This document shows positions 27,766 through 38,278 of a stretch of 64,000 nucleotides of DNA, piece by piece. The translations under genes and the position numbers were made by a program. Every line of letters begins with the position of its first letter. The stretch's first letter is position 1. Below the pieces are notes generated by a model that worked only from the letters and a program-made list of their open reading frames with translations, did no database searches and was not told the DNA's origin. Source of the stretch: Gammaproteobacteria bacterium (lineage in GTDB: Bacteria; Pseudomonadota; Gammaproteobacteria; Eutrophobiales; Eutrophobiaceae); contig OZ244905.1 of assembly GCA_965221695.1 (NCBI GenBank), forward strand, positions 2,592,001-2,656,000, read 5' to 3'.

Positions 27766-30120
27766 TTAACCTGTGTCATCTGTGGATTGCAGCGCCCTGA
27801 GCGCTCGCTCCGGCGTGACTGGAATTTCGTTGATGCGCGCGCCGGTCGCGTGTTTTATCGCATTGGTGACAGCGGGCGCCGGCCCGACCGCGCAAATTTC
27901 ACCGACTCCCTTGGCGCCGAACGGCGCCGTGTCTTCGGGCGTCTCAATGATCAGGGGATGAATCTTGAGCGGGACATCCGCCATGCCGGGTATTTTGTAA
28001 TCCATCATGCTCGGGTTGAGCATACGGCCGTTGTCCCACAACATTTCCTCTGTCAGGGCATAGCCCAGCATTTGCGCGATGCCGCCCTCTATCTGACCCT
28101 CAACCGAGGCGGTGTTGATGGCGCGGCCTACATCATGGGCTGACCAGAACTCCAGAACTTCCACCTGTCCGGTTACTTCGTCGACCTCCACTTCGGCAAC
28201 CTGCGCGGCGAAGGTAAAGATACCGATGGCGTCAGGCATTAGCGCAAACCCGCCCAGCGTCATGCGCTTGGGATCCATGCGTTCTTGCGGTGTGTACAGC
28301 CAGTTGTGAGATCCCATGATCGGGCCGCCCGTTTCCCACATCGCCCTGCCGGCCACTGCCGCAAACGGCAAGACTGCGTCCGGCGACCCTTTCACGCCGA
28401 CCATCCCGCCCTGCCTGAGTTCCAGGTCGGCGCTATCGCACTCGAATATCTCACTGGCATGACGGTATACCTGTTCCCTGACCTCGTCGCTGGCCTGTTT
28501 CACTGCAACGCCGATCACGTAGGTGTTGCGACTCGCCGCGGTCTGGAACTGGAAGGGCGATGAATCCGTATCCGGCGCGGCAAAATTGACCTGATCCATG
28601 TTCAATGCCAGCGACCCGGCCACGATCTGGGTCAGGATCGTATCCGATCCTTGGCCGATATCCACGGCGCCGCAGTTCAGCGAGACGCTGCCGTCTTCAT
28701 TCAGCAACACGTTCGCGCCGGCGCCGGCCAGGCCGGAGATATGGCTCACGGCAGCCACGCCGATACCGCGCCGTTTACCGGGCCGAGCCGGCAGGCTACC
28801 ATTTCGTTTTGCGTCCCAGCCCGATGCGCCCCTGACCTTCTCCAGGCAAGCGCGTATCGTGGCGTTTTCAATGGTTTTGCCACAGAAAAACTTGTCATCC
28901 TGTTCCAGGGCATTTTTTATGCGCATACCGATCGGGTCCATATTCAGTTTTTCCGCCAGCTCATCGATCTGCGATTCGCTGGCGAAGCTGGCCTGGGGAT
29001 TGCCGAAGCCCCGGAAGGCGCTGGCCCGTGACAGATTGGTGTAAACCGCCCAGGCTTCCGCCCGCATATTGGGGATGCGGTATGGGCCGCGGCTGAAGAA
29101 TGCCGCTACCGGCGAGACTTCCGGGCTCTCATCGGCATACGCGCCGCCGTCGAGAACGATCCGGCAGTCGCGCGCGATCAGAATGCCGTCTTTTGTGGCG
29201 CCGGTCTTCATGTAGATGACGCCGCCGTGGCGCCGCTTCATCATGGTCATGTCGTCTTCGCGCGAGTAGGTGAGCTTGACCGGCCGCCCCGTTGCCTGGG
29301 CCAGCAACGCGGTGATGGGTTGGTTGGTAAACTCGCACTTGCCGCCGAATCCGCCGCCGATACGCGGCGCAATCATGCGGATTTTCGACATGGGCAGGCC
29401 CGTGGCCATGGCGGTGTACATCTGAGAGCGGGCCACCCCCTGGGTCGAGGACCATAAGGTGATTTTACCGCTGCTGTCCATTTCCGCCACGGTGGAACTA
29501 GGTTCCATGTAGGCATGATACTGGGCCGGCAGGCGGTACTCGCCTTCCACGACCACATCACATTCGTCCCAAGCCGCGTTCGGATCGCCTTCCATGAATT
29601 CGGTATAACAGATGGCGTTCGGTTCCTTGGGCAACTCGTACATGCAGGGGTATTCATCACGTTTTTCGTGAACGACCGGCGCGTCCGGTTCCAAGGCCTT
29701 TATAACATCAAACACCGGTTCCAGTTCTTCGTATTCAACCTCGATCAGGCGCAGGGCCCGCCTGGCGGTGTTCAGATCGACCGCGGCCACCGCGGCCACC
29801 GGATCGCCCACATAGCGAACCGTGTCCGTGGCCAGGGGCAACTGGTCCTTGATGAACATACCGATGTAGTTCAATGGCAGGTCGGCGCCGGTGAGGACGG
29901 CTTTCACGCCTGCCAACGCTTTTGCCTGGGAAGTATCGATGGACAGGATCCGGGCATGGGCGTAATGGCTACCCAACAGCGCCGCGTGCAACATGCCGGG
30001 GCGGCTAATATCGTCGGTATATATCGCCCGTCCGGTTGCCTTGTCCGGGCCTTCTATACGCGGGACGGAGGCCCCGATAATCTCGTTGATGTGCAGGTCA
30101 TCAGCCAGGTTTGCGCTCAT
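27766..30120 (-). CDS. Molybdenum hydroxylase large subunit 2 (XDH family)
   Basis: 'GGGFGGK', 'SAFRGFG', 'AKGVGE'. Confidence 0.92.
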   Translation of the reverse strand: MSANLADDLHINEIIGASVPRIEGPDKATGRAIYTDDISRPGMLHAALLGSHYAHARILSIDTSQAKALAGVKAVLTGADLPLNYIGMFIKDQLPLATDTVRYVGDPVAAVAAVDLNTARRALRLIEVEYEELEPVFDVIKALEPDAPVVHEKRDEYPCMYELPKEPNAICYTEFMEGDPNAAWDECDVVVEGEYRLPAQYHAYMEPSSTVAEMDSSGKITLWSSTQGVARSQMYTAMATGLPMSKIRMIAPRIGGGFGGKCEFTNQPITALLAQATGRPVKLTYSREDDMTMMKRRHGGVIYMKTGATKDGILIARDCRIVLDGGAYADESPEVSPVAAFFSRGPYRIPNMRAEAWAVYTNLSRASAFRGFGNPQASFASESQIDELAEKLNMDPIGMRIKNALEQDDKFFCGKTIENATIRACLEKVRGASGWDAKRNGSLPARPGKRRGIGVAAVSHISGLAGAGANVLLNEDGSVSLNCGAVDIGQGSDTILTQIVAGSLALNMDQVNFAAPDTDSSPFQFQTAASRNTYVIGVAVKQASDEVREQVYRHASEIFECDSADLELRQGGMVGVKGSPDAVLPFAAVAGRAMWETGGPIMGSHNWLYTPQERMDPKRMTLGGFALMPDAIGIFTFAAQVAEVEVDEVTGQVEVLEFWSAHDVGRAINTASVEGQIEGGIAQMLGYALTEEMLWDNGRMLNPSMMDYKIPGMADVPLKIHPLIIETPEDTAPFGAKGVGEICAVGPAPAVTNAIKHATGARINEIPVTPERALRALQSTDDTG

Positions 30121-30243
30121 GTCAGTTCTCTTCTGTTAGCTGGGGGCAGTCCGAATATGTTATGGACAGCAACCACCTATCCGACGGCAACATGCGAAAC
30201 GGAGTAAGGTCAAGTCTCTCTCCCCTTCATGAAATCAGTCTGG

Positions 30244-30717
30244 TTACGCCTCGGCGCCAACCAGGGATGAAACAGCGTCAGCGATTTTCACATAACCGGT
30301 ACAGCGGCACAGGTTACCGCTCAATTCGCTGCGTATCTCCTCAAGAGTCGGATTGGGATTCCGGTCCAGCAAGGCTTTTGCGGAGATGATCATGCCGGGG
30401 GTGCAGAAGCCGCACTGCAGGCCATGGCGCTCGATGAACGCGCGTTGCACGGGATGCAGGTCTCCGTCGCTTCCCAGCCCTTCGATGGTGGTGATCTCTC
30501 GTTCCGTCGCCGCCACCGCCAGCATCAGACAGGCGCGCATGGGCTCGTCGTCCACCAGCACCGTGCAACTGCCGCATACTCCGTTGTTGCAGCCGCATTT
30601 GGTTCCGGTCAGGGACAGATCTTCGCGCAAGATCTGGAGCAAGGTCCGGCGCGTATCAGTTGTTACATCATGCAGGTCGCCGTTAATGGATAAGCTTATG
30701 GATTGTTTATCAGTCAT
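30244..30717 (-). CDS. (2Fe-2S) small subunit
   Basis: 'GCNNGVCGSC', 'QCGFCTPG', 'CRCTGY'. Confidence 0.93.
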   Translation of the reverse strand: MTDKQSISLSINGDLHDVTTDTRRTLLQILREDLSLTGTKCGCNNGVCGSCTVLVDDEPMRACLMLAVAATEREITTIEGLGSDGDLHPVQRAFIERHGLQCGFCTPGMIISAKALLDRNPNPTLEEIRSELSGNLCRCTGYVKIADAVSSLVGAEA

Positions 30718-30822
30718 GGTTGCTTCCTGTTAACCGCAGATCGTGTGATGTTTCCGTCTCATGGAAATTCAAAAATACTTTTGCGCCCATTATATAGACC
30801 AAGTTCCAAACAAGTCCATTCC

Positions 30823-33042
30823 CTAACCCATCATTACTTCCCGGACCCTGTCCGGCGTGAATGGGATATGGCGTAAGCGTTTCCCGGTCAATGCGGCAAA
30901 TGCGTTGGCCACGGCCGCGGGCGCCAGGATCGAACCGGTCTCGCCGACGCCGGTGGGTTCGCCGTCACCGCTCAGAAGTTCTACCCGTACCGGTGGCGCA
31001 TCGGCGATACGCGGCACCGCATAATCGTTGAAGTTTCGTTGTTGAATCAAGCCGTTCTTAATCGTAATCCGTTCCGACAGGCAGTAGCCCAGTCCGTGGA
31101 TAATGCCGCCTTCCAGTTGCGCTTTGACGTTGTCCGGCTGGATGGCAAGGCCGACATCGGCAGCGACCCACATGTTGTGCGCGATGATCGTTTCCCGTTG
31201 CCGGTCGTAAGAAATTTCAGCGATGGCCGCGGCCACGGTATCCACGTAGTGAGTATAAGCGATTCCCAGCGCTCGCCCAGCGCCTGTGCGTTGCCAGTCG
31301 GCCATCCCGGCAACAGTTTCAATGATGCGCTTGCCCCTTGTTGAGTGACGCAACAGCCTTAACCGGAATGCAACCGGGTCGGAATCGAGGCGTTCGGCCA
31401 GTTCGTCCATAAACGATTCGATAGCAAAGTTATTGGGAGTGGCCCCAACACCGCGCACGGGATAGAGGCGGACGCCGGTATCAATCCCGATATGTTCAAC
31501 CAGCCGGTTCGGCAGGTCGTAGGCATTGGCTGTCCCTTGCTCTGCGCTACGGTGGGATGATCCAAGCATGGAAGTCACCGGCGCCTTGCCGAATGCCTCG
31601 TAACTGGGCCGGTCCAGCAGCTTGATGGATTCGTCACTGGCCACCCGGTGCTGCCAGGCCGAAATATTGCCTTGGTTGTCTATGCCGGCGCGCAGGTAGT
31701 GAGCTGTTATCGGCTTAAGATGCGCGCTGCGCAGGTCGTCTTCGCGGGTCCACACCACTTTTACCGGCCGTCGCAATGTCTGCGACAGCCAGGCGGCGTC
31801 CACCACGAAATCCATGGACGGCACGGTGCGTCGCCCAAAGCCGCCGCCCAGCAGGGAGCGGTTCAACTTCACGCCGTCAGGCGAAATATCCAGCGTCCTA
31901 GCCACCGCGTCAACCGTGTTCGCCGGCGCCTGGGTTCCGGCCCATATTTCGGCTTTTTTTCCATCGTTGCTGACCGAGACCACGGCATTCAACGGCTCCA
32001 TCTGCGCGTGGTAGACGTAATCCGTGCGAAATTCTGCTGAATAGACCTGTGTTGCCGCGTCGGCAAGAGAGGAAATATCTCCTTGCGCGTCCCAGGGGAA
32101 ACCGTTTCTGGACAAGTCCTGCGCCGCAGAGATATGCTGCCGCATCGCCTCCTCGCTGTCAAAATGGCGCATGCCTTCCACTTCATGCCAACTGATATCC
32201 AGCCGCGCGCGAGCCTTCAAGGCAGCAGGATAATTTGTGGCAACTACTGCCACGGCCTCGGGCCGTGTCAGCACATCAATGACGCCTTTTATAGCGCGCG
32301 CCCCGCGTTCGTTGATAGTCTGAACGGTGGCGCCTTCAACCGGCGCTCTCGATACTGTCGCGTAAACCAATCTCGCAGGCCGGGCATCCATGCTGTATTG
32401 CGCCGCGCCGGTAGCTTTTTCAGGCAGGTCGCGGCGGGGTATGTGTTTGCCCACCAGACGGTAGTTCTCCCGGGACTTGAACTCCAGGGGCGCAGCGTCT
32501 TCAATCGGCGCATGCGCGTGCGCGGCAACATCACCGTAGCTGAGCGCCCGCCCGGTTTTTTGGTGAAAAATCATGCCGGCTTCGGCGCTTAATTCGGATA
32601 CGGGCGCCCGCAACCGGTCTGCAGCAGCGCGTAGCAAAACCTGCCGCGCCTGCCGGCCAAAGCGGCGCAGGCGTGGGTAGTAATTAGCTATCGAGCGGCT
32701 GGAAGTGGTGAAGATCCTATCCAGGAACAGTGGGTCGCCGTAGACCTCACCAAAGGATACAGAGGATTCGATGCGCACCTTGTCCCAATCCACGTCCAAC
32801 TCCTCCGCCACGATGACGGGAAGCGCGGTCATCACGCCTTGTCCCATTTCTGCGGCGGGATTGATGATGGTGACAGTCCCGTCAGTAGAAATATTCACAT
32901 AAGCATTGAAGGTAGTGGTTCTGGGATGGGTTGCGTGGTTGGCGCTCCGGCTGAAACCGAACGGTTGGACGAAAGCCAGGCAGAACGTCAAGCCGCCGGC
33001 CTGTTTCAGGAATTGTCGTCGGGTCGCGGGCCTCATCCGCAT
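30823..33042 (-). CDS. Isoquinoline 1-oxidoreductase beta (IorB)-like Mo subunit with a Tat signal
   Basis: 'TRRQFLK', 'EMGQG', 'HAQMEP', 'GGGFGRR', 'GVGE'. Confidence 0.88.
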   Translation of the reverse strand: MRMRPATRRQFLKQAGGLTFCLAFVQPFGFSRSANHATHPRTTTFNAYVNISTDGTVTIINPAAEMGQGVMTALPVIVAEELDVDWDKVRIESSVSFGEVYGDPLFLDRIFTTSSRSIANYYPRLRRFGRQARQVLLRAAADRLRAPVSELSAEAGMIFHQKTGRALSYGDVAAHAHAPIEDAAPLEFKSRENYRLVGKHIPRRDLPEKATGAAQYSMDARPARLVYATVSRAPVEGATVQTINERGARAIKGVIDVLTRPEAVAVVATNYPAALKARARLDISWHEVEGMRHFDSEEAMRQHISAAQDLSRNGFPWDAQGDISSLADAATQVYSAEFRTDYVYHAQMEPLNAVVSVSNDGKKAEIWAGTQAPANTVDAVARTLDISPDGVKLNRSLLGGGFGRRTVPSMDFVVDAAWLSQTLRRPVKVVWTREDDLRSAHLKPITAHYLRAGIDNQGNISAWQHRVASDESIKLLDRPSYEAFGKAPVTSMLGSSHRSAEQGTANAYDLPNRLVEHIGIDTGVRLYPVRGVGATPNNFAIESFMDELAERLDSDPVAFRLRLLRHSTRGKRIIETVAGMADWQRTGAGRALGIAYTHYVDTVAAAIAEISYDRQRETIIAHNMWVAADVGLAIQPDNVKAQLEGGIIHGLGYCLSERITIKNGLIQQRNFNDYAVPRIADAPPVRVELLSGDGEPTGVGETGSILAPAAVANAFAALTGKRLRHIPFTPDRVREVMMG

Positions 33043-33101
33043 TGCGCCGAAAATCTTAACCCGTCAGCCAGATAGCTGTGTCATTATCAATTCCTGACTC
33101 A

Positions 33102-33962
33102 TCAATGTTTTCCGGATGCTGCATGGCGTTCCAGCGCCTCGTCCACGGCCCGTTGCAACAGCCCTGGAATGATCGCGCGCCGATACTCGGCGCTGCCGCG
33201 CACGTCATCCATCGGATCAGCCGCCTCCATCAATATCTGACCGGCCTGCCGGATGACCTCTACTGTCAACTCCGAGCCGATCAGGATTGCGTCGGCCTCG
33301 TCCAGGTGGATGGGGGTTGGACCTGCGGATCCGATCGCTACCCTGGCATAAGCGCAGGTATCGGCATCCATGGCCAGCGCCAGAGAAACAGACAATGTCG
33401 CGTAGTCGCCATGAGTGCGGCTGAATTTCAGATGTTTGCCGACCGCGTGCGCCGGTTCCACCGGGATCAAAACGGCGCTGAGGATCTCACCTTCTTCCAG
33501 CGCGGTTTCCAGGAAATCGAGGAAAAATTCATCGGCCGGGATCTGTCTGGTTCCCGATTGGCCGGCAACTTCGAGCACGGCGTTGGCGGCAACCAGGGCG
33601 CCGGGGAAATCGGCATTGGGGTCGGCGTGGGCTACCGCGCCGCCGATGGTGCCCATATTGCGCACCGCCGGGTGGGCAATCTGACCTGCGGCGTCGCGCG
33701 CCACCGCGGCATTGCCGGTCAACCGCTCATCAGCGGCGATTTGTGTATGGGTGGTCATGGCGCCGATACGGAAGTGGCCGCCTTCCCGACTGATCCCGGC
33801 GAGTTCGCGGATTTGCCGCAATCCGACCAGGGTGGAAGGTTCCACCAGGTCTGCATTCAGCATGGCCACCAAGGTGGCTCCGCCCGCGAGACAGCGGGCC
33901 TCAGCGTCTGCGGCCAGTATCTCAAGCGCCTCGGACAGACTGGCAGGTTCGATGTATTTCAT
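33102..33962 (-). CDS. FAD-binding medium subunit
   Basis: 'AGGATL', 'VRNMGTIGG', 'DVRGSAEYR'. Confidence 0.92.
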   Translation of the reverse strand: MKYIEPASLSEALEILAADAEARCLAGGATLVAMLNADLVEPSTLVGLRQIRELAGISREGGHFRIGAMTTHTQIAADERLTGNAAVARDAAGQIAHPAVRNMGTIGGAVAHADPNADFPGALVAANAVLEVAGQSGTRQIPADEFFLDFLETALEEGEILSAVLIPVEPAHAVGKHLKFSRTHGDYATLSVSLALAMDADTCAYARVAIGSAGPTPIHLDEADAILIGSELTVEVIRQAGQILMEAADPMDDVRGSAEYRRAIIPGLLQRAVDEALERHAASGKH

Positions 33963-34045
33963 AAGCAGTTCCGGACGAGTCGAAATTATTATAAAGCGCT
34001 GAACAAGATCATTATTTTCTGCCGGTTATTCGCGTACAAGATTAC

Positions 34046-34140
34046 TGATAAAATTATCAATAATTGTGTACACTGTCAGCGCGAACTATTATAACGATAT
34101 CTTTGAAGCATTTAATACCCAGATAATGAGAATTCATAAT
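34046..34140. promoter_or_regulatory. AT-rich divergent promoter region with candidate operators
   Basis: Palindrome TGATAA-AA-TTATCA (34046-34059); partial Fur-box-like GATAATGAGAATTCATAAT (34122-34140, 13/19 to consensus). Confidence 0.35.
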
Positions 34141-34248
34141 TACCTCTGAGGTGTCAACGGCACAAAGATATTTTCGTGCTCTGAACATATCAATAGTAAC
34201 CGGAAAGAGTACCGATCCTTACATAATAAATTGAGGGGGTGTCTTATC

Positions 34249-36831
34249 ATGTCATACATGGGCATTTCAGGTTTATGCGGGAGAGTTGCTATAGCCATAT
34301 TGTTGGCAGGTTTTATCCAGCCGGCACTGGCGCAAGGGAGCGGCATTTTGGAAGAGGTGCTGGTTACCGCGCAGAAGCGGGAACAGTCCATCCAGGATGT
34401 AGGCATCGCCATCACCGCGTTCAGCGGCAACCAGTTGCGGGAGATTGGCATCGTCAATAATACGGAACTGGCTCGTTACAGCCCCGGCGTTTATATTTCC
34501 GGGCCTGGCGGCGGCGACCAGCAACAGTTCACCATCCGCGGCGCCACCCAGAATGATTTCGGCGACCACTCCGAGGCGCCGAACGCGATTTATGTGGATG
34601 AGGTCTACCAGGCCGCCCAGCAAGCCCAGTTGTTTGCCACCTATGATATGCAGCGAGTGGAAATCCTTAAAGGCCCTCAAGGGACCTTGTTCGGTCGTAA
34701 CGCCACCGGCGGACTGGTACATTTTTTGACCAATAAGCCCTCCCAGGAAACCGATGGGTTTCTCGATGTGACATATGGCCGGTTCGACCAGGTCCGGGTT
34801 GAGGGCGCGGCCAGTGGCAGTTTGTCGGATACAGTATCCGGTCGCCTTTCAGGCATTTATAGTAAACATGGCTCGATGTATCACAACAATATCGAAGAGG
34901 TCGGCATCCCGCCCACGCCAGCGGTCCTGCAGGCCTTTGGCCGCGGTCCTGAGTTAATGCCTGACCCGGATGACTTCAACGATTCCTGGAGGGAGGAAAC
35001 CTGGTCCACGCGCGGCCAACTGCTGTTTGAACCCAATGACGATATGAATTTCCTGGTCAAGGGACAGTACGCCAAGCAGAAGTTCGGCGGTTGGGCCTAC
35101 CAGGGCGTGCCGTCCGTGGCGTTTGTCGACGATACCGATGGGGACGGGGCGTTTGACGATACGGTGAATACCCGCCTGCAAAGTGACGTGCGCACGCTTT
35201 GCGAGGCCATAAACGTGAATACAGGAGGGTGCGAAAACAGTGTTTTCGACGGAGATTTTGACGCGGTCAGGCCCAATGATCAAGGCGACCTGTTCGGCAG
35301 TTTCGAGCCGGGAGGCAGGGATGGACTGGATGTCAACCTGGATCATTCGCCCAAGGACGCAAACTCAATCCGACTGTGGAGTATATCCGGCAAGTTGGAC
35401 TGGGACCTGGACTTCGCCAAGTTGGTCGCGGTAAGCGGTTATTCCAAAATGAAACAATACCAGGGCGGTGACGTCGGCGCTGCCCCCACGCCGCGCTCCA
35501 ATTTCATACGCCAGTTCGAAAGCGAATGGTTTACCCAGGAGATTCGGCTGGAAGGGGAAGCGCAGCGGTTCCGCTGGATTGCCGGCGCTTACTATTTGCA
35601 TATCAACACTAGCTCGGCCCAGGGGCTGGAGGATAAGCAAGGCGGGATCAATACCTTCGGCGGCCTGTTCTTCGGACCGGTATTCAACACGACCACTGGA
35701 ATCCCGCTCGGATTCCCCGGCGCCGGCACGCCACTCAACCTGATTACGGGTGAACAGGGCTTTGGCGTCGGTGGCGATACCTACCTGGAGGCCACTACTG
35801 ATGTCGATCTGCAAACCGACTCCTATTCCGTGTTCGGCCAGATCGACTATGACCTGAGCGATCAGTTAATGGTCAACCTGGGGTTTCGCGCCATCATCGA
35901 GGAAAAAGACTATTCCTATACCAACCGGTTGTATTTTAACGATAGGGATGGCCGCACCGACGGCGCGGCGTTTTACGGCGCGCAGCCATTGGGCGTGATT
36001 TTTGCGCCGGCGATTCCCATCGAATTTCTGCCGCCGTTTTCCGACACCTCATCAGACTTTCTCTGGTCCGGCAAGGTACAGCTTAACTATACCCCCAACG
36101 ACGATCTGTTGATTTACGCAGGTGTCAACCGCGGCGTGAAGGCCGGCAATTTCAACGGTCCCTTACTGACGCCGCTGACCCAGGATGAATATGGCTATGA
36201 TGAGGAGATACTCTGGGCTTATGAGGCCGGTTTCAAATCCGCCCTGGCCGGGGGCAAGGCGCGCTTGAATGTTTCCGGGTTTTACTATGATTATAAAGAT
36301 TACCAGGCGTTCCAGTTTGTCGGCACATCGGGGGCCGTATTCAATGCCGATGCCGAATATTACGGTTTCGAGGTCGAAGTCCTGACCACGCCAGTAGATA
36401 ACCTGGATATCTGGCTGGGCCTCAGCTATATCGACACCGAGGTCAAGGACCTGGAAGTGGCGGATAATGTGTACCGCAACGTGGAGCCCACTTATACCCC
36501 CGATCTGCAGTTCTCCGGGGTAGGCCGGTATACCATTCCGAATGTTCTTACTGGCTCCGTCGCCCTGCAACTGGACGGCACCTTCGCGGATGACGCCTGG
36601 GGTAATATCAATAATTTCGACAGCCACAGGCTGCCCTCCAACTGGATCGGCAATGCCAGTCTCACCTGGCACAGCGCTGACGGCCACTGGCAGGTGACCG
36701 GTTTTGTCAGGAACTTCACCGACAGCCGGGCGCAGAACAGCGCCTTTGACCTGGCCATCGTCGACGGTTCGGACGAGCAATCATTTGAGAAACCGCGCCG
36801 CTATGGGGTGAGTTTGCGGTATAACTATTGA
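34249..36831 (+). CDS. TonB-dependent receptor
   Basis: TonB box 'EEVLVTAQKRE', 'VEILKGPQGTLFGRNATGG', C-terminal 'YGVSLRYNY'. Confidence 0.95.
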   Translation: MSYMGISGLCGRVAIAILLAGFIQPALAQGSGILEEVLVTAQKREQSIQDVGIAITAFSGNQLREIGIVNNTELARYSPGVYISGPGGGDQQQFTIRGATQNDFGDHSEAPNAIYVDEVYQAAQQAQLFATYDMQRVEILKGPQGTLFGRNATGGLVHFLTNKPSQETDGFLDVTYGRFDQVRVEGAASGSLSDTVSGRLSGIYSKHGSMYHNNIEEVGIPPTPAVLQAFGRGPELMPDPDDFNDSWREETWSTRGQLLFEPNDDMNFLVKGQYAKQKFGGWAYQGVPSVAFVDDTDGDGAFDDTVNTRLQSDVRTLCEAINVNTGGCENSVFDGDFDAVRPNDQGDLFGSFEPGGRDGLDVNLDHSPKDANSIRLWSISGKLDWDLDFAKLVAVSGYSKMKQYQGGDVGAAPTPRSNFIRQFESEWFTQEIRLEGEAQRFRWIAGAYYLHINTSSAQGLEDKQGGINTFGGLFFGPVFNTTTGIPLGFPGAGTPLNLITGEQGFGVGGDTYLEATTDVDLQTDSYSVFGQIDYDLSDQLMVNLGFRAIIEEKDYSYTNRLYFNDRDGRTDGAAFYGAQPLGVIFAPAIPIEFLPPFSDTSSDFLWSGKVQLNYTPNDDLLIYAGVNRGVKAGNFNGPLLTPLTQDEYGYDEEILWAYEAGFKSALAGGKARLNVSGFYYDYKDYQAFQFVGTSGAVFNADAEYYGFEVEVLTTPVDNLDIWLGLSYIDTEVKDLEVADNVYRNVEPTYTPDLQFSGVGRYTIPNVLTGSVALQLDGTFADDAWGNINNFDSHRLPSNWIGNASLTWHSADGHWQVTGFVRNFTDSRAQNSAFDLAIVDGSDEQSFEKPRRYGVSLRYNY

Positions 36832-36848
36832 AGCGGGAATTAATAAGA

Positions 36849-36926
36849 GGTCGCCCCCCGTTTTCACGGGGGCAGGCTCTTCGGGCGACACAGAATTAGA
36901 CTGGATTCCCTCTTTCGAGGGAGTGT
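36849..36926. repeat. Family R repeat (right half) with a nested CCCCCG-TTTTCA-CGGGGG palindrome
   Basis: ggtcgcc[ccccgttttcacgggggcaggct]cttcgggcgacac...actggattccctctttcgagggagtg, between convergent genes. Confidence 0.7.
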
Positions 36927-37759
36927 TACGGCGCAAAAAAGTCCAGTACGACCCGTTCAAACTCCGCCTGATGTTCCACCTGGGCCCAGTGGCCGCAGCG
37001 CTGGAAGATGTGCATACGGGCATTCTGCATTCTTTTCAGCATCTGCAATCCGACTTCCAGGGCGCCGCCCTTGTCTTCCTGGCCCCAAATCAGCAGGGTC
37101 GGGCAGGCGATTTGATCCAGTTCGGAATAGAGATCCCGGCGCGGCAAACCCAGCAGACGCATCTGTCCCGGGTCCTTGCTTGCCTCGAACCGTTCCAGCA
37201 GGGTCTCATCGCTGACCAGGGAGGGGTCGTATAAGAGACTTTCCACCAGGCGCCGCATCTTCTCCAGGGTCGCCCCTTCCCCGGCATAGTAATTGAAGAT
37301 GTTTCTTAATGCTTCTTGGGGCTGTGGTTGAATGACGATGCCTGCGGAAGTGGGCTGGCTGCCGATCAGCACGAGGCGTTTGACCCGCTCAGGCTTGCAA
37401 CGCTCCAGCCCGAGCGCGGCCTGGCCGCCGAGAGAGTTGCCGATAATGTCTACGGCGCCTTTGATGCCTAGCGCGCCCAGAAAATTGTCAATCATTATTC
37501 CCATGAAATCGAAGAAGTCCTCGTCGCAACCATCGGGGAATCCGGATTTGCCATAGCCCGGCATATCCATCATCAACATACGGCGTTTGTCGCCGGTAAT
37601 GGCGGGGATGTTCTGCTTGAAGTTGCTCCAGGCGGTGGCGCCGGGACCGCCGCCGTGCAGGCATAGCGTTGGCTCGCCCGCGCCGGCATCGTTGTAATGG
37701 ATATCCACTCCTGCGACGGAGACAAATTTACTGGTGGAAGTTTCGGTTATTTCAGTCAT
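36926..37759 (-). CDS. Meta-cleavage product C-C hydrolase (BphD/MhpC/HsaD family)
   Basis: 'HGGGPGATAWSNF', 'GNSLGG', 'CGHWAQ'. Confidence 0.88.
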   Translation of the reverse strand: MTEITETSTSKFVSVAGVDIHYNDAGAGEPTLCLHGGGPGATAWSNFKQNIPAITGDKRRMLMMDMPGYGKSGFPDGCDEDFFDFMGIMIDNFLGALGIKGAVDIIGNSLGGQAALGLERCKPERVKRLVLIGSQPTSAGIVIQPQPQEALRNIFNYYAGEGATLEKMRRLVESLLYDPSLVSDETLLERFEASKDPGQMRLLGLPRRDLYSELDQIACPTLLIWGQEDKGGALEVGLQMLKRMQNARMHIFQRCGHWAQVEHQAEFERVVLDFFAP

Positions 37760-37804
37760 TGTTCTTTGTTCCTCTGGTTCGCACGCAAGCGCAAGAAACC
37801 CTGC

Positions 37805-38278
37805 CTAACTCAATTCTCCCACATATTGTTTCACTGCGTTGAAAATATTCTGGTAGCCGGTGCAACGGCATAGATTGGCAGATAGCATCTCAGTGATCTC
37901 AGGGTCGGTAGGCGCGGGATTCTGTTCCAGCATGGCAGCAATCAGCATAATGAACCCTGGGGTGCAGAATCCGCATTGCAGGGCGTGGTTGTCGCTGAAT
38001 GCCCGTTGAAGCGGGTGCAGTTCGGTCCCATCGGCCATTCCCTCGATAGTCCTGATCGCTTTCCCTGCGGTTTGCACTGCGAACATCAGGCAGGCGCGTG
38101 CCGGCGCGCCGTCAACGATGATGGTGCAACTCCCACACACGCCATGTTCGCAGCCCACATGTGTGCCGGTCAGTCCGCACTCCTCGCGAATGACATCTGC
38201 CAGGGTTTGCCGCGCCTCCACGTTAACGTGGTAATCCCTGGCGTTGATATTCAGCTTGACCGGGACTTTATTGTCCAT
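37805..38278 (-). CDS. (2Fe-2S) small subunit
   Basis: 'GCEHGVCGSC', 'QCGFCTPG', 'CRCTGY'; start MDNK at 38278. Confidence 0.93.
   Translation of the reverse strand: MDNKVPVKLNINARDYHVNVEARQTLADVIREECGLTGTHVGCEHGVCGSCTIIVDGAPARACLMFAVQTAGKAIRTIEGMADGTELHPLQRAFSDNHALQCGFCTPGFIMLIAAMLEQNPAPTDPEITEMLSANLCRCTGYQNIFNAVKQYVGELS

Noticed and set aside
30741-30822. 'aacaagtccat' resembling the MITE right end
   Set aside because: Only about 11 nt match, which could be chance.
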